DNA from: Gemmatimonadota bacterium
GTDB lineage: Bacteria; Gemmatimonadota; Gemmatimonadetes; Gemmatimonadales; GWC2-71-9
Length of the DNA stretch: 53,344 nucleotides
Reading direction: 5' to 3'
Assembly: GCA_003251175.1 (NCBI GenBank)
Contig: QKHC01000039.1
Coordinates: 1-53,344, forward strand
Position numbers and translations under genes: made by a program. A model generated the notes under the pieces. That model was not told the origin of the DNA, did not search any database, and was given only the letters and a program-made list of their open reading frames with translations. Shown piece after piece: positions 38,553 through 50,956 of this stretch. Each line of letters begins with the position of its first letter. The first letter of the stretch is position 1.

Positions 38553-40676
38553 ATGGCGACCCGAACCAAGTCTGCCCCCCGGGGCCCGGCCCGGACGCTG
38601 GCCAAGGCCGACCTGCTCGAGCTCTTCCGCCTGATCTACCTCTCCCGGCGCCTGGACGACAAGGAGATCCAGCTCAAGCGCCAGAACAAGATCTTCTTCC
38701 AGATTTCCGGGGCCGGTCATGAAGCCGTGCTCGTCGCCGCCGCCAAGGTTCTGCGACCAGGCCACGACTGGTTTTATCCCTATTACCGCGACCGGGCGCT
38801 GTGCCTCGGACTGGGCATGACCGCGGCCGAAATGCTCCTGTCGGCCGTTGCGGCAGCTGACGACCCCAACTCGGGCGGCCGGCAGATGCCGTCGCATTGG
38901 GGGCACCGGGCGCTCAATATCGTGAGCCAATCGAGTCCCACCGGGACGCAGTTTCTCCAGGCCGTGGGGTGTGCGGAGGCCTGGTATCGCTACGAGCGGT
39001 TGTCGGGGCTGGCGGAGAAGCCGAGCCAGCGGGACGAAGTCACGTTCTGCTCCGCGGGCGATGGGACGACGAGCGAAGGCGAGTTCTGGGAGGCCCTGAA
39101 CACCGCGTGCAACCTCAAGCTGCCGGTGCTGTTCCTGATCGAGGACAACGGCTACGCGATCTCGGTGCCGATCGAGGTCCAGACGGCGGGCGGGTCGATC
39201 TCGCAGCTCGTCTCCGGATTCCCGAACCTCCTGATCGAGCAGTGTGACGGATGTGATCCCGAGGCGTCCTACGACAGCCTGCGTCGTGCCGCGCAGCACT
39301 GTCGCGAGCGGCGCGGTCCAGCGCTCGTTCACGCCAAGGTCATCCGGCCCTACTCCCATTCGCTGTCCGACGACGAGGTGCTGTACAAGCCGCCGCGCGA
39401 GCGGGAAGACGAGTCCAAGCGCGATCCCGTGACCCAGTTTCCCCGACGACTGGTTGCCGAGGGAATCGCCACCGAGGCGGAGATCGAAGCGATCAAGGCC
39501 GCAGTTGACGACGACGTGCAGCTTGCCGCCGACGTGGCCCTCGCGTCCCCGCAGCCCAAGCCGGAGACCGCGCTCCACTTCGTCTACTCCCCCGACGTGG
39601 ACCCGACGTCGGAGCAGTTCGACACCGAAGACGATCCACACTTTTCGGGCGAGCCCACCACCATGGTGGATCTGCTCAACGCCTGCATGAAGGACGAAAT
39701 GACGCGCGATCAGCGGATCCTCGTCTTCGGTGAAGACGTGGCCGATGTGAGTCGCGAGAAATTCTTGGGGGAGGTGAAGGGCAAGGGCGGTGTCTTCAAG
39801 GTGACCTGGGGTCTGCAGCGACAGTTCGGCGGCGACCGGGTGTTCAACTCGCCGCTCGCCGAGGCCAACATCGTCGGTCGGGCCATCGGGCTCGCGACGC
39901 GCGGCCTGAAGCCGGTAGTGGAGATCCAGTTCTTCGACTACATCTGGCCCGCGTACCATCAGCTGCGGAACGAACTCGCGACGTTGCGGTGGCGGTCGAG
40001 CAACGCGTTCAGCTGCCCGGCCGTTGTGCGGGTGACCTACGGGGGGTACCTGAAAGGTGGTTCCGTCTATCACTCCCAGACCGGGGCCGTCGTGTTCACG
40101 TCGGTGCCGGGCCTGCGCGTCGTGTGCCCGGCGACGGCGCTCGATGCCAACGGCCTGCTGCGTACCGCCATCCGCTGCGACGACCCGGTGCTGATGCTCG
40201 AGCACAAGCATCTCTACCGGCAGACGTACAACAAGGCGCCCAACCCGGGCCCCAACTTCATGATCCCGCTCGGCAAGGCCAAGGTGGTCCGGGAAGGCAG
40301 CGACCTGACCGTCGTCACCTACGGCGCCGTGGTGCAGCGCGCAATCGTGGCGGCGAAGGAGCTCGAGGAGCGAGACGGCGTGCGGGTCGAGGTCATCGAC
40401 CTGCGGTCGCTGTCGCCCGTTGACTGGGACACAGTGGGTGAGTCGGTCAGGAAGACGAACAAGGTCATCGTCGCCTACGAGGATTCACTGTCCTGGGGAT
40501 ACGGAAGCGAAATCGCGGCGCGGATAGCCGACGACTGCTTCGCGTGGCTCGATGCCCCCGTCAGGCGGGTCGCCGCCACCGACACGTTCGTGGCCTACGC
40601 GCCGGACCTCGAAGACTTCATTCTGCCGCAGGTGGAGGATCTCGCGCGGGCCATGCGCGACCTGCATGCGTTCTAG
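38553..40676 (+). CDS. Fused 2-oxoacid dehydrogenase E1 alpha/beta (branched-chain-like)
   Basis: [19 protein letters not shown] motif GDG...N, HSLSDD, then beta domain [22 protein letters not shown]. Confidence 0.92.
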   Translation: MATRTKSAPRGPARTLAKADLLELFRLIYLSRRLDDKEIQLKRQNKIFFQISGAGHEAVLVAAAKVLRPGHDWFYPYYRDRALCLGLGMTAAEMLLSAVAAADDPNSGGRQMPSHWGHRALNIVSQSSPTGTQFLQAVGCAEAWYRYERLSGLAEKPSQRDEVTFCSAGDGTTSEGEFWEALNTACNLKLPVLFLIEDNGYAISVPIEVQTAGGSISQLVSGFPNLLIEQCDGCDPEASYDSLRRAAQHCRERRGPALVHAKVIRPYSHSLSDDEVLYKPPREREDESKRDPVTQFPRRLVAEGIATEAEIEAIKAAVDDDVQLAADVALASPQPKPETALHFVYSPDVDPTSEQFDTEDDPHFSGEPTTMVDLLNACMKDEMTRDQRILVFGEDVADVSREKFLGEVKGKGGVFKVTWGLQRQFGGDRVFNSPLAEANIVGRAIGLATRGLKPVVEIQFFDYIWPAYHQLRNELATLRWRSSNAFSCPAVVRVTYGGYLKGGSVYHSQTGAVVFTSVPGLRVVCPATALDANGLLRTAIRCDDPVLMLEHKHLYRQTYNKAPNPGPNFMIPLGKAKVVREGSDLTVVTYGAVVQRAIVAAKELEERDGVRVEVIDLRSLSPVDWDTVGESVRKTNKVIVAYEDSLSWGYGSEIAARIADDCFAWLDAPVRRVAATDTFVAYAPDLEDFILPQVEDLARAMRDLHAF

Positions 40677-43600
40677 CGCGCGCGCGAGCTACTCCCTCCT
40701 CTTTTTCCTCTCGGGTGCCACGGGGCTGATCTATCAGCTGCTGTGGATCCGAATGCTGTACCAGACCTTCGGCTCCACGATTCAATCAGTCACCACGGTA
40801 GTGGCCGCGTTCATGGGCGGGCTCGGTCTCGGTGCCTGGCTGCTGGGCCGCTTCGCGGACCGCCAGTCCCGGCCCGCCGCGGTGTACGGGTGGCTCGAGC
40901 TGGGGATCGCGGCGTTCGCCGTCGTCTCCCCCCTGGTGCTGCGCGGCGCGCACGCCATCTATCTCACTGTCGCCGGAGGACTGGGCTGGACAGGAACGCC
41001 GAGCGTGATGCTCCGGTTCGGTCTCGCCGCCCTCGTCTTGCTGGTGCCCACCACGCTGATGGGCGGGACGCTGCCAGTGCTGACCCGAGCGTTCATGGGC
41101 GACGATCGCCACGCCCTCCCCGCCGCGCTCGGGCGGCTGTACGGCATCAATACGCTCGGCGCCGTCCTGGGAGCGGCGCTCGCGGGGTTCGCGTTGATCG
41201 AGCATCTCGGGATCGCGCGCAGCCTGTGGCTCACGGCGGCGGTCAACGCAGGTCTCGGCGCGCTGGCGATCCGGCTCGCTCGCCCGATCACACCGGTGCG
41301 GCCCGCAGCCACCGTTGCCGCTCGCCCCGCGACGACGCTCGTTGCCGTCGCGCTGGTGTTGCTCGGCGTGAGCGCCTTCGCCTCGCTGCTCGACGAGATC
41401 GCATGGACCCGCGTGCTCGTCATGATCGTCGGTGGCTCGACGTATGCGTTCACGCTCGTGCTGATGATGTTCCTGTTGGGGATCGGCGTGGGGAGCGCGC
41501 TGGTCGCGCGACGCAGGGCCGACGCGGGCGATACCGCCGCCACCGCCGCCCTCGCCCAGGGGGTCACCGCGGCTGGCGCCGCGTTGCTGTTGCTGCTGCT
41601 CCTGGCACTACCGGTCTACATCGCTGCCATCTTTCAGGTGCCGTTTCTGTCAGCCACGGCCCGTCTGGGATTGATGGGCCTGGCGATCGGGGTCGTCCTG
41701 GTGGTGCCGACCGTCGGCATGGGGATGACCTTCCCGCTGCTGACCGACATCGTCGCCACTGCGGACGCGGCCCGGGGAGCGGATGTGGGACGGGCGTACG
41801 CCCTCAACACCATCGGCAGCATCCTCGGCGCCGCTGTGACGGGGTTCGTGTTGATCACCGTGCTCGGGTCCGACCTCACGCTGCGGCTCGGTGTGCTGCT
41901 GTCGGCGGGGACCGCACTCCTGCTCGCGACCCTCGCGGCGCACGGGGTACCGGAGGACTCTGCCGAGCATCGGCGTCGGCGCACCCGGGTGGCCGCCGCC
42001 GGTTTGCTGGCGGCGTTGGGGATCGGCGTCGCGGTCGCCGCCCCTGGGTGGAGCACCCGGCTCATTGACCTCGGGCCCACGATCTACGCGCGGACGCCCA
42101 TGGACCGCGTCGCGTTGACCGCCTTTCTGGAGCATCGCGGGGCCCGCCAGCTCGCGTTCCACGAGGGACCCAATGCCACGGTCAGCGTGTGGGAGTCGGA
42201 GTCGGGACGCAGCCTGAAGGTCAACGGCAAGGCCGACGCCTCCGATCGTGGCGACATGGACACCCAGATCATGGTCGGTCTCGCCCCGGCCATGGCGCGG
42301 CCCGGGGCCGCGTCGGCGCTGGTGATCGGCTACGGCTCCGGCGTCACCGCCCGTGTGCTGGCGACCGTGCCTGGAATGCGCCGGGTCCGGATCGTCGAGA
42401 TCGAGCCCAGTGTGCTGAAAGTCGACCGGTTCTTTGTCCACGTGAACGACTCGGTGCTGTCCCGGCCCGTCGTGCAGTCCGTGATCGACGACGCCCGCAG
42501 CGCGCTGCAACTCACCAGGGACAGCTTCGACATCATCGTGTCCGAGCCATCGAACCCGTGGGTTGCAGGCGTCGCGACGCTGTACACTCCCGAGTTCTTC
42601 CGCATCGTGCGTCGCCGGCTCGCGCCGACCGGCGTGTTTGGACAGTGGATCCAGCTCTACCAGCTGCCGCTGCCGGTGATGGCTGGCATCGTCCGCAACA
42701 TGCGCGCGGTGTTCCCACACGTGCAGGTGTGGTTCGGCTCGCCGGCGGACGTCGTGATACTCGCCTCGGCAGTGCCGCTCGTCCCGGATACCACCTGGCG
42801 CGACCGACTGGTGGGCCCGGGGGGCCCGCATCACGTGCTCGCGCGCGACTGGCTCGGCATGGCGGCGGCAGGTGACTTCGATGGGAGGTTCCTGCTGGCG
42901 GACTCCGGGGTCGCCGTGCTCATCAGCCGGGCCACCCTGGAGCACGGGGACGATCATCCCCGCCTCGAGTATGTCGCTGCGCGACGCTTTCTGGACGGAC
43001 AGGACCACGGGACCGCGTTCGACTCGCTCGTCGCGATCGCTCTCGCCGTCGGCGAGGGCGCCACTCCGATGCAGCGCGCCCGGGTGTTGAGCGGACGACA
43101 GGGCGACGTGCGTGGCCGGAGCTATGTTGACGGCGTCCGCCGAGCCCAGCCCGACGCGCCTGTTTGGGCGGTGCGCGGCGCCCGGATGCATCTCGCGCTG
43201 CGGGATACGGCGGCTGCGGATTCGGCGCTGCGTCGGGTGGCCCGCGAGTTTCCCGGTCGCTTTGCCGAGGTGGATCTCCTTCTCGGTCAGATTGCCGCGT
43301 CGCGCCACGACGCGGCAGGTGCGCGCGGGCACCTCGCTCGCGCCCTCACCGGTGGTGCGGACACGACCCAGACCCTCGCCACCCTGGCACTCGTCGAGGC
43401 GCAGAGCAGCAACTGGTCAGCGACAGCCGCGCTGGTGGTCCAGGCGTTGCGGTCAGCCGAGCCGAGCTTCCGTCGTCCGTTTCCGTATGCCGAGCTGGGC
43501 GACGCCGTGGCGATGCTCGCGACCGACGGACCGCCCGCCCTCGCGGACACCCTCAGCGCGCTGCTGGTGAGCGGACGTGAGGGATGGTCGCGCGCGCACG

Positions 43601-43737
43601 CCATTCGGGCGGCGGGTGCGCTCCGCGCAGGCCGCTGCGAGGTGGCGAGGGATCACTTTGTGGAGCTCGCGGCGTTCGGCATCCGCGACATCGACGCGCG
43701 GGGGCTGCTGGAGCGGTGCCGCCGCGGTGAGCGATAG
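40666..43737 (+). CDS. Membrane-fused spermidine-synthase-like SAM-binding protein with TPR-like C-terminus
   Basis: About 12-13 TMs ([22 protein letters not shown]), then [17 protein letters not shown] and [15 protein letters not shown] 40666 overlaps the E1 stop. Confidence 0.85.
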   Translation: MRSSARASYSLLFFLSGATGLIYQLLWIRMLYQTFGSTIQSVTTVVAAFMGGLGLGAWLLGRFADRQSRPAAVYGWLELGIAAFAVVSPLVLRGAHAIYLTVAGGLGWTGTPSVMLRFGLAALVLLVPTTLMGGTLPVLTRAFMGDDRHALPAALGRLYGINTLGAVLGAALAGFALIEHLGIARSLWLTAAVNAGLGALAIRLARPITPVRPAATVAARPATTLVAVALVLLGVSAFASLLDEIAWTRVLVMIVGGSTYAFTLVLMMFLLGIGVGSALVARRRADAGDTAATAALAQGVTAAGAALLLLLLLALPVYIAAIFQVPFLSATARLGLMGLAIGVVLVVPTVGMGMTFPLLTDIVATADAARGADVGRAYALNTIGSILGAAVTGFVLITVLGSDLTLRLGVLLSAGTALLLATLAAHGVPEDSAEHRRRRTRVAAAGLLAALGIGVAVAAPGWSTRLIDLGPTIYARTPMDRVALTAFLEHRGARQLAFHEGPNATVSVWESESGRSLKVNGKADASDRGDMDTQIMVGLAPAMARPGAASALVIGYGSGVTARVLATVPGMRRVRIVEIEPSVLKVDRFFVHVNDSVLSRPVVQSVIDDARSALQLTRDSFDIIVSEPSNPWVAGVATLYTPEFFRIVRRRLAPTGVFGQWIQLYQLPLPVMAGIVRNMRAVFPHVQVWFGSPADVVILASAVPLVPDTTWRDRLVGPGGPHHVLARDWLGMAAAGDFDGRFLLADSGVAVLISRATLEHGDDHPRLEYVAARRFLDGQDHGTAFDSLVAIALAVGEGATPMQRARVLSGRQGDVRGRSYVDGVRRAQPDAPVWAVRGARMHLALRDTAAADSALRRVAREFPGRFAEVDLLLGQIAASRHDAAGARGHLARALTGGADTTQTLATLALVEAQSSNWSATAALVVQALRSAEPSFRRPFPYAELGDAVAMLATDGPPALADTLSALLVSGREGWSRAHAIRAAGALRAGRCEVARDHFVELAAFGIRDIDARGLLERCRRGER

Positions 43738-43784
43738 CGGCTGAGGTCGCGGGGCCCGTCTGTCGGCGGATGCCGCGGTCAGTG

Positions 43785-45599
43785 CTAGCGCTCCCCCAGC
43801 ACCTCGCGCACTTCGCCGGCCGCCGCGATCACATGGTCCACGTCCCGCGAGAGGGCCCGGGCAGCCTGCGTCGCCTGGGTGAGATCGCCCAGCACCGCAT
43901 CAACCCCCGCCGACCGCAAACGCAGCAGGTCGAAGCGCACGTTCTGCATGGCGAGAATGCAGGATTCGAGCTGTTCCGCCACGCGTTGCCTCCGCGCGAG
44001 CAGATCGGTGAGGGTCTGCTGCTGACGCTCGAGGAGGCTCACTTGGCGGTCACGCTCGCTGCCCGCCGTCTCGCTACGCAGTGCGGCGAGCTTCTCCTCG
44101 ATCCGCGGCAGCGCATCAGCCTCAACGTCCCCCATCGCGTGCAGGATCCGCGCGAGATTCTCGGCGCGCGCGAGCAGCCCGTCGACCGTCGCAGCCACGT
44201 CGGGCAGCAGGTTGCGCTCGCCCTTGGGTAGTCGTTCGACGATGCTCAGGATCGCCTTGCGGTCCTGACGCGCCTGGTTGACCACACTGGCCTGGCGCCC
44301 GAACTCGCCGGCAGTCGCGGGTCCGAGGGCGGCAATGGCACCGCGGCCCGTGCCCAGCCGCGACTCGACCGCATCGGGGGCGGCGGGGCGGTGTAGGACG
44401 TCGCGCCATGAGTAACCGGCATTCCAGAGACGCACATACTGCGGAATGATGCCGAACCCGCCCCAGACGGCCGCGACCATGAACGACCATCCTCCCCAGC
44501 CCGTGGCCATGTCCACGAACACGAGGCCACCACACACCGACGCCCAGGAGACGAACTTGGAGCGCATCTGCCGAACGATCGCGGGCTCGCCGCCCGGCTT
44601 CACCGCTTCGAGGGCCCGGCCCGCCCCGCGGTGCCGGGCGGCCGGTCGGGGAATGTCCGGGCTGCGGGGGATCGGCGTGCCGTAGCCCCGGCGCGGAGCC
44701 GGCCGCGCGGCGGCGCGGGCTCTGTAGGCCGGCGTGCTGCGCGACTCGAGCGCCCGCCGCAGGGCGTCCGCCGTCGGCCACCGGTCGTCAGGGTTCTTCT
44801 CGAGGCACCGCATGACCGCTCCGCCCAGGTCGGGGGGGCAGTCCGGGCGCTTGACGTCGAGCGGGGGCGCCAGCTCCGTGATGTGCTTCAGCAGGATCCC
44901 GGGAACGGTGGGTGCGGTGAACGGCAGGTCCCCGGTCAGCATCTGGTATGCCACCACGCCGAGCGAGTAGAGGTCCGATCGACCATCGACCTCGCGATCT
45001 CCCGCGGCCTGTTCCGGGCTCATGAAGTGGGGTGTCCCGATCGCCACACCGGTCGCGGTCAGCGCCGTGTTGGGACCGGTGGTGGAACTCAACGCCTTCG
45101 CGATCCCGAAATCGGTGACCACAACCCGGCCCCGACTACCCTCCAGCAGGATGTTGTCGGGCTTCACGTCGCGGTGAATGATGCCCAGCGCGTGCGCGGC
45201 TCCGAGCGCATCCGACGTCTCGATCAGAATCCGTCGCACTTCCTCGCCTGCCAGGTGTCCACGCCGGCGCAGGCGCTCGGCCACGGACTCCCCTTCGACG
45301 TACGCCATCACGAAGTAGACGAGGCCGCCCGGGCCTTCGCCGACCGTGTGGATGGGGACGATGTGTGGGTGGGACAGCCGCGCGGCTGTCTCCGCCTCGC
45401 GCAGGAAGCGGGTGCGGATATCGTCGCGGAACGCGAGCTCGGGAGGCAGCACCTTGATTGCCACGTCGCGCTTGAGCCGCTCGTCGCGGGCGTGATACAC
45501 CACGCCCATCCCGCCTCGCCCGATCTCGTGATCGACCGAATAGGCTCCGCCCAGCGCCTCGTCGAGGCGCTGCCGCAGGGGGTCCGGTGCGTCAGCCAT
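43785..45599 (-). CDS. Hanks-type Ser/Thr protein kinase with a 2TM hairpin and C-terminal coiled-coil domain
   Basis: GRGGMGVVY, VAIKVL, HRDVKPDN, DFG, GTPHFMSPEQ. Two short hydrophobic segments near aa 350-392. Confidence 0.92.
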   Translation of the reverse strand: MADAPDPLRQRLDEALGGAYSVDHEIGRGGMGVVYHARDERLKRDVAIKVLPPELAFRDDIRTRFLREAETAARLSHPHIVPIHTVGEGPGGLVYFVMAYVEGESVAERLRRRGHLAGEEVRRILIETSDALGAAHALGIIHRDVKPDNILLEGSRGRVVVTDFGIAKALSSTTGPNTALTATGVAIGTPHFMSPEQAAGDREVDGRSDLYSLGVVAYQMLTGDLPFTAPTVPGILLKHITELAPPLDVKRPDCPPDLGGAVMRCLEKNPDDRWPTADALRRALESRSTPAYRARAAARPAPRRGYGTPIPRSPDIPRPAARHRGAGRALEAVKPGGEPAIVRQMRSKFVSWASVCGGLVFVDMATGWGGWSFMVAAVWGGFGIIPQYVRLWNAGYSWRDVLHRPAAPDAVESRLGTGRGAIAALGPATAGEFGRQASVVNQARQDRKAILSIVERLPKGERNLLPDVAATVDGLLARAENLARILHAMGDVEADALPRIEEKLAALRSETAGSERDRQVSLLERQQQTLTDLLARRQRVAEQLESCILAMQNVRFDLLRLRSAGVDAVLGDLTQATQAARALSRDVDHVIAAAGEVREVLGER

Positions 45600-45817
45600 C
45601 GGTGTCAGTCGCGCGCACGGCCCCTAGATTTACCCCCGGCGGTGCCGCGGGGCAACCTGCATCGGGACCGCAACTTACGGCCGGCGTGGCGTCGGGCGGT
45701 GCCCCACCCGGTCACCGAGCACCAACTCCGTTCCCGCCAAGTCCGCAGGCATTCCCTCGCCGCCTGCCCATTTGACGCCTGGGGGGAACGAATCCTGCCG
45801 TTTCGGGTGTTGATTGG

Positions 45818-45833
45818 TGGCACGGGGAGTGCC
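45818..45833 (+). promoter_or_regulatory. Sigma54-like (-24/-12) or palindromic element upstream of lon
   Basis: TGGCACGGGGAGTGCC has exact GG-N10-GC spacing. It is also a GGCAC-N5-GTGCC palindrome. Confidence 0.35.
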
Positions 45834-45850
45834 CTCTGAGGAGCGGTTCT

Positions 45851-48301
<2,451 letters not shown>

Positions 48302-48317
48302 GCGGTGGCGGCGGCGG

Positions 48318-48908
48318 TCAGGCGGCGCGCACGCCGTGCAGAAAGAGATCCACGGCGCCGCGAATCCAGCGAGCCCGCAGCGTGGGTGTGTCGCCCAACG
48401 CCGGCGCGCTGGTGGTGAGCAACGGCTCGAGCCGGAGATAGCCGAGCATCAGCACCAGCGCCTGACCTGCGGCCACGTGCGGATCCACGTCACCGCGCAC
48501 GCGCCCCAGACCCTGACCTTCGGCCAACAGGACCACGAGCCGGCGGATCAGCGGCGCAAAGACCCCACTCTCGACCCGATCGCCGTGCGTGAGCAGATTG
48601 ACCAGCTCAGGGTGGCGTCCCAGGTAATCGAATTGCGTCACCAGCGTCGCTCGCAGCCCGTCGAGCGCACCGCCCGGGCGCTCGGGCGAGCGCCCCAACT
48701 CCCGCTCCAGCTCCGCTCCGGCGTCCAGGAGCACGGCATTGAACAGCCCGCGCTTCGAGCCGTGGTAGTAGAACAGCAGTTGCTTGTTCACGCCTGCCGC
48801 GGCCGCGATGCGATCGACCCGCGCCCCGGCAAACCCCCACCGCGCAAATTCAGCGCGGGCGGCGTTCATGACGCGCAATGCTCTGGAATTGCTAAGCTTA
48901 CGCTTCAC
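48318..48908 (-). CDS. TetR/AcrR family transcriptional regulator
   Basis: AARAEFARWGFAGARVDRIAAAAGVNKQLLFYYHGSK HTH. GTG start 6 nt after the -10 GATATT. Confidence 0.92.
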   Translation of the reverse strand: MKRKLSNSRALRVMNAARAEFARWGFAGARVDRIAAAAGVNKQLLFYYHGSKRGLFNAVLLDAGAELERELGRSPERPGGALDGLRATLVTQFDYLGRHPELVNLLTHGDRVESGVFAPLIRRLVVLLAEGQGLGRVRGDVDPHVAAGQALVLMLGYLRLEPLLTTSAPALGDTPTLRARWIRGAVDLFLHGVRAA

Positions 48909-48914
48909 ACCACC

Positions 48915-48942
48915 AATATCAACTATCCAGTTGACTAATCAA
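48915..48942 (-). promoter_or_regulatory. tetR promoter (TTGATT-16-GATATT) containing the operator palindrome TCAACT-N4-AGTTGA (48919-48934)
   Basis: Direct reading: the palindrome lies between the -35 and -10 elements. Confidence 0.6.
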
Positions 48943-49619
48943 GGGGCTGCTTGAGGCGAGCCGGCTTGCTGGGGCAGCGCGCGCTGCGCCAACGCCACGA
49001 AGGCCTGATGCTCGCTCCACAGGGCCACCGTGTCGGCGCCAGTTCCCGCCGTCGTCACGGCCAGGCGGTCGTCCACCACGAGCACCGGGAAAGCCCGCGG
49101 GTCGCTCCCGGCGAGCAGACCCTCGTCGGCGGCGACCGGTCCCGTGGCGAGCACTTCCAGCCGGGCACGCGCAGCGGCCCGGCGCCAGGCCGGAAGAGTG
49201 AGCCGCCACAGCTCGGGCGTGATCGCCCCAGCGACCCGCGTCTCGGCCCGTGCAACGAGGCGCAGCACCACGTTCCCGACCGGACGCTCGCCTCTTACCT
49301 CGTGCACCACGAGGCTCGGCGCGCCGCGGACGCCGGCCAGCGCCTGTTCCAGGCGGTCAAGGTCCGCCGCCTGACGTTCCGCGAGCAGCGCCACCAGCGC
49401 TGCCGGATCGGTCGCGCGGTAGCGCGCCGGTCGGCCCGGGAGAACGGTGGCGGCGCCACGGGCCGCCAACCCCCCAAGTGCGCCATACACGTTGGCCCGG
49501 GCCAGCCGGGACGCCTGGGCCAGCGCATAGCCCGTTGCCGTCCCCACACGCAGCAGGGTGGCGTAGACCAGAGACTCCGTGCCCGTAAACCCGAACGGTG
49601 AGAGATCGACCGATTGCAT
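48939..49619 (-). CDS. TrmB-family winged-helix transcriptional regulator
   Basis: L..FGFT.TE..VY.TLL..G.ATGY.LA....L.RANVY..L..L...G, Y.A.DP..L, and a degenerate effector domain (VLVVDD). ATG 49619. Confidence 0.85.
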   Translation of the reverse strand: MQSVDLSPFGFTGTESLVYATLLRVGTATGYALAQASRLARANVYGALGGLAARGAATVLPGRPARYRATDPAALVALLAERQAADLDRLEQALAGVRGAPSLVVHEVRGERPVGNVVLRLVARAETRVAGAITPELWRLTLPAWRRAAARARLEVLATGPVAADEGLLAGSDPRAFPVLVVDDRLAVTTAGTGADTVALWSEHQAFVALAQRALPQQAGSPQAAP

Positions 49620-49622
49620 AGC

Positions 49623-49638
49623 AGTAGCATATGCTACT
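49623..49638. promoter_or_regulatory. Perfect 16-bp palindrome, candidate TrmB-like operator 1
   Basis: AGTAGCATATGCTACT covers the -10 (TAGCAT on the minus strand) of a TTGACG-16-TAGCAT promoter. Confidence 0.65.
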
Positions 49639-49717
49639 ACGTTATTCTGAAACGTCAAGCACGACCCGGATGCGGATGAGCATGGTGGTGTGAAGACACC
49701 CAGGATCCTATGCTAGT

Positions 49718-49733
49718 AGTAGCTTACACTACT
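49718..49733. promoter_or_regulatory. Imperfect second copy, candidate operator 2
   Basis: AGTAGCTTACACTACT has the same AGTAG-N6-CTACT arms and overlaps the stop codon of the upstream gene. Confidence 0.55.
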
Positions 49734-50830
49734 TCTAGTGGAATCCCCATGATCTGGGCGATCAAGGCGAGTCGGAACGTCACGTCCGTCTGCCGCTGCG
49801 CCGGGCTGCGCCCCTTCCCTTCGAGCGGGAAGTAGTAGCACAGGAACGGGTTGGTCGTCTTGGGCTGGGACCGCAGGTTGCGCGGCGACCAGACCCCGCG
49901 GTCGTCGCACTCCGCATACAGGCGCATCAAGGCCAGGGCGGCACGTGGCACCTGCTGCACGATGCCCAGCCGGGCCAGCAACTCGAGCCAGAACAGCGCG
50001 AAGGGAATGTCCTTTACGCGGCCCTGCGCATCGGCGCCCAGCGGATCACCGAGGATCTCGAAATACGGCTTCAGGAACAGGGCACCCGCCTGGGTGAAGT
50101 ACGCCCGCTTCGAGGCCGGCGCACTCAGATATCCGGCCAGCCGGTCGAGAAAGCCGGCCCGCTCGCGTTGCAGCGACGGGACGAACGCCAGCATCAGGAT
50201 CGAAAACAGCGTCGGCGGCGTGGCGGCGGGGTCGAGCACCGTGCGCCCGCCGCTGCGTTTGAAAGGTCGCTCAGCGACATCGCTGCGGAGAAACTGCGAG
50301 ATGTCGCTCACGATGCGGTGGGCCATGCCCCGCAGGCGGGGGTCCTCGGTATGCCCCGCCCGCGCCAACGCTGCTGCCGCAGCCGTACGCCCCACGCCCC
50401 GCGCCCAGGCACCAAGGGCCGGATCGCCCTTCGCGCGACGCTGAAATTCGATCAGCAGCGCCGGATCGTCGTCCCGCGACAGCAGGCGAAACAGCATCCG
50501 GTCCGCCAGGCGAAACGGTCGCTGGTCGGCGGGCCAGCCGAGCTCCAGCAGCCGCAGGTATTGGAACACCGTGCCGGGCTCTTTCCAGCCCAGCGCACGG
50601 TTGGCCGCCGGTGCGAACAGCGTTCCACCCCACAGGCCCGTTGGCTTCTGGCGCCGTGCGATGGCCAGACTCGGGGAGTAGCGGAGCGCCGCTGCCCGCA
50701 GTCGCTCGAGGAGGTCGGGATCGCGCGCATCATGCGGGGCCGCTTCCGCCAGGGCGCGATACTGGATCGGCGGGCTCGAGGCCTGAAGCAGCCACGTCAG
50801 GGGGAGGCGATGCGAAGCCGGGAGATTCAG
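49724..50830 (-). CDS. Hypothetical protein (about 368 aa), possible alpha/alpha-barrel prenyltransferase/squalene-cyclase-like repeat; probable CTG start
   Basis: Frame extends 87 codons beyond the track's GTG (WLLQASSPPIQYRAL...RQKPTGLWGG). No ATG, GTG or TTG before the upstream stop. CTG 50830 has GGAG 6 nt upstream. Confidence 0.72.
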   Translation of the reverse strand: MNLPASHRLPLTWLLQASSPPIQYRALAEAAPHDARDPDLLERLRAAALRYSPSLAIARRQKPTGLWGGTLFAPAANRALGWKEPGTVFQYLRLLELGWPADQRPFRLADRMLFRLLSRDDDPALLIEFQRRAKGDPALGAWARGVGRTAAAAALARAGHTEDPRLRGMAHRIVSDISQFLRSDVAERPFKRSGGRTVLDPAATPPTLFSILMLAFVPSLQRERAGFLDRLAGYLSAPASKRAYFTQAGALFLKPYFEILGDPLGADAQGRVKDIPFALFWLELLARLGIVQQVPRAALALMRLYAECDDRGVWSPRNLRSQPKTTNPFLCYYFPLEGKGRSPAQRQTDVTFRLALIAQIMGIPLEVV

Positions 50831-50956
50831 GGGCCGCTCCAGAAGATCGTCGCAGACTGAGACCGCAAAGCGGGCGCAAACTTATGCGGTCCCTCCCGAT
50901 TCGGCCAGCCTCTGCTAACCCCTTGTAACGGTGCCTGTTACTGACCTGCATTCAGC

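Noticed and set aside
45809-45835. CIRCE (HrcA) element before lon
   Set aside because: GAGTGCC resembles the right arm, but there is no TTAGCACTC-like left arm at 9-bp spacing.
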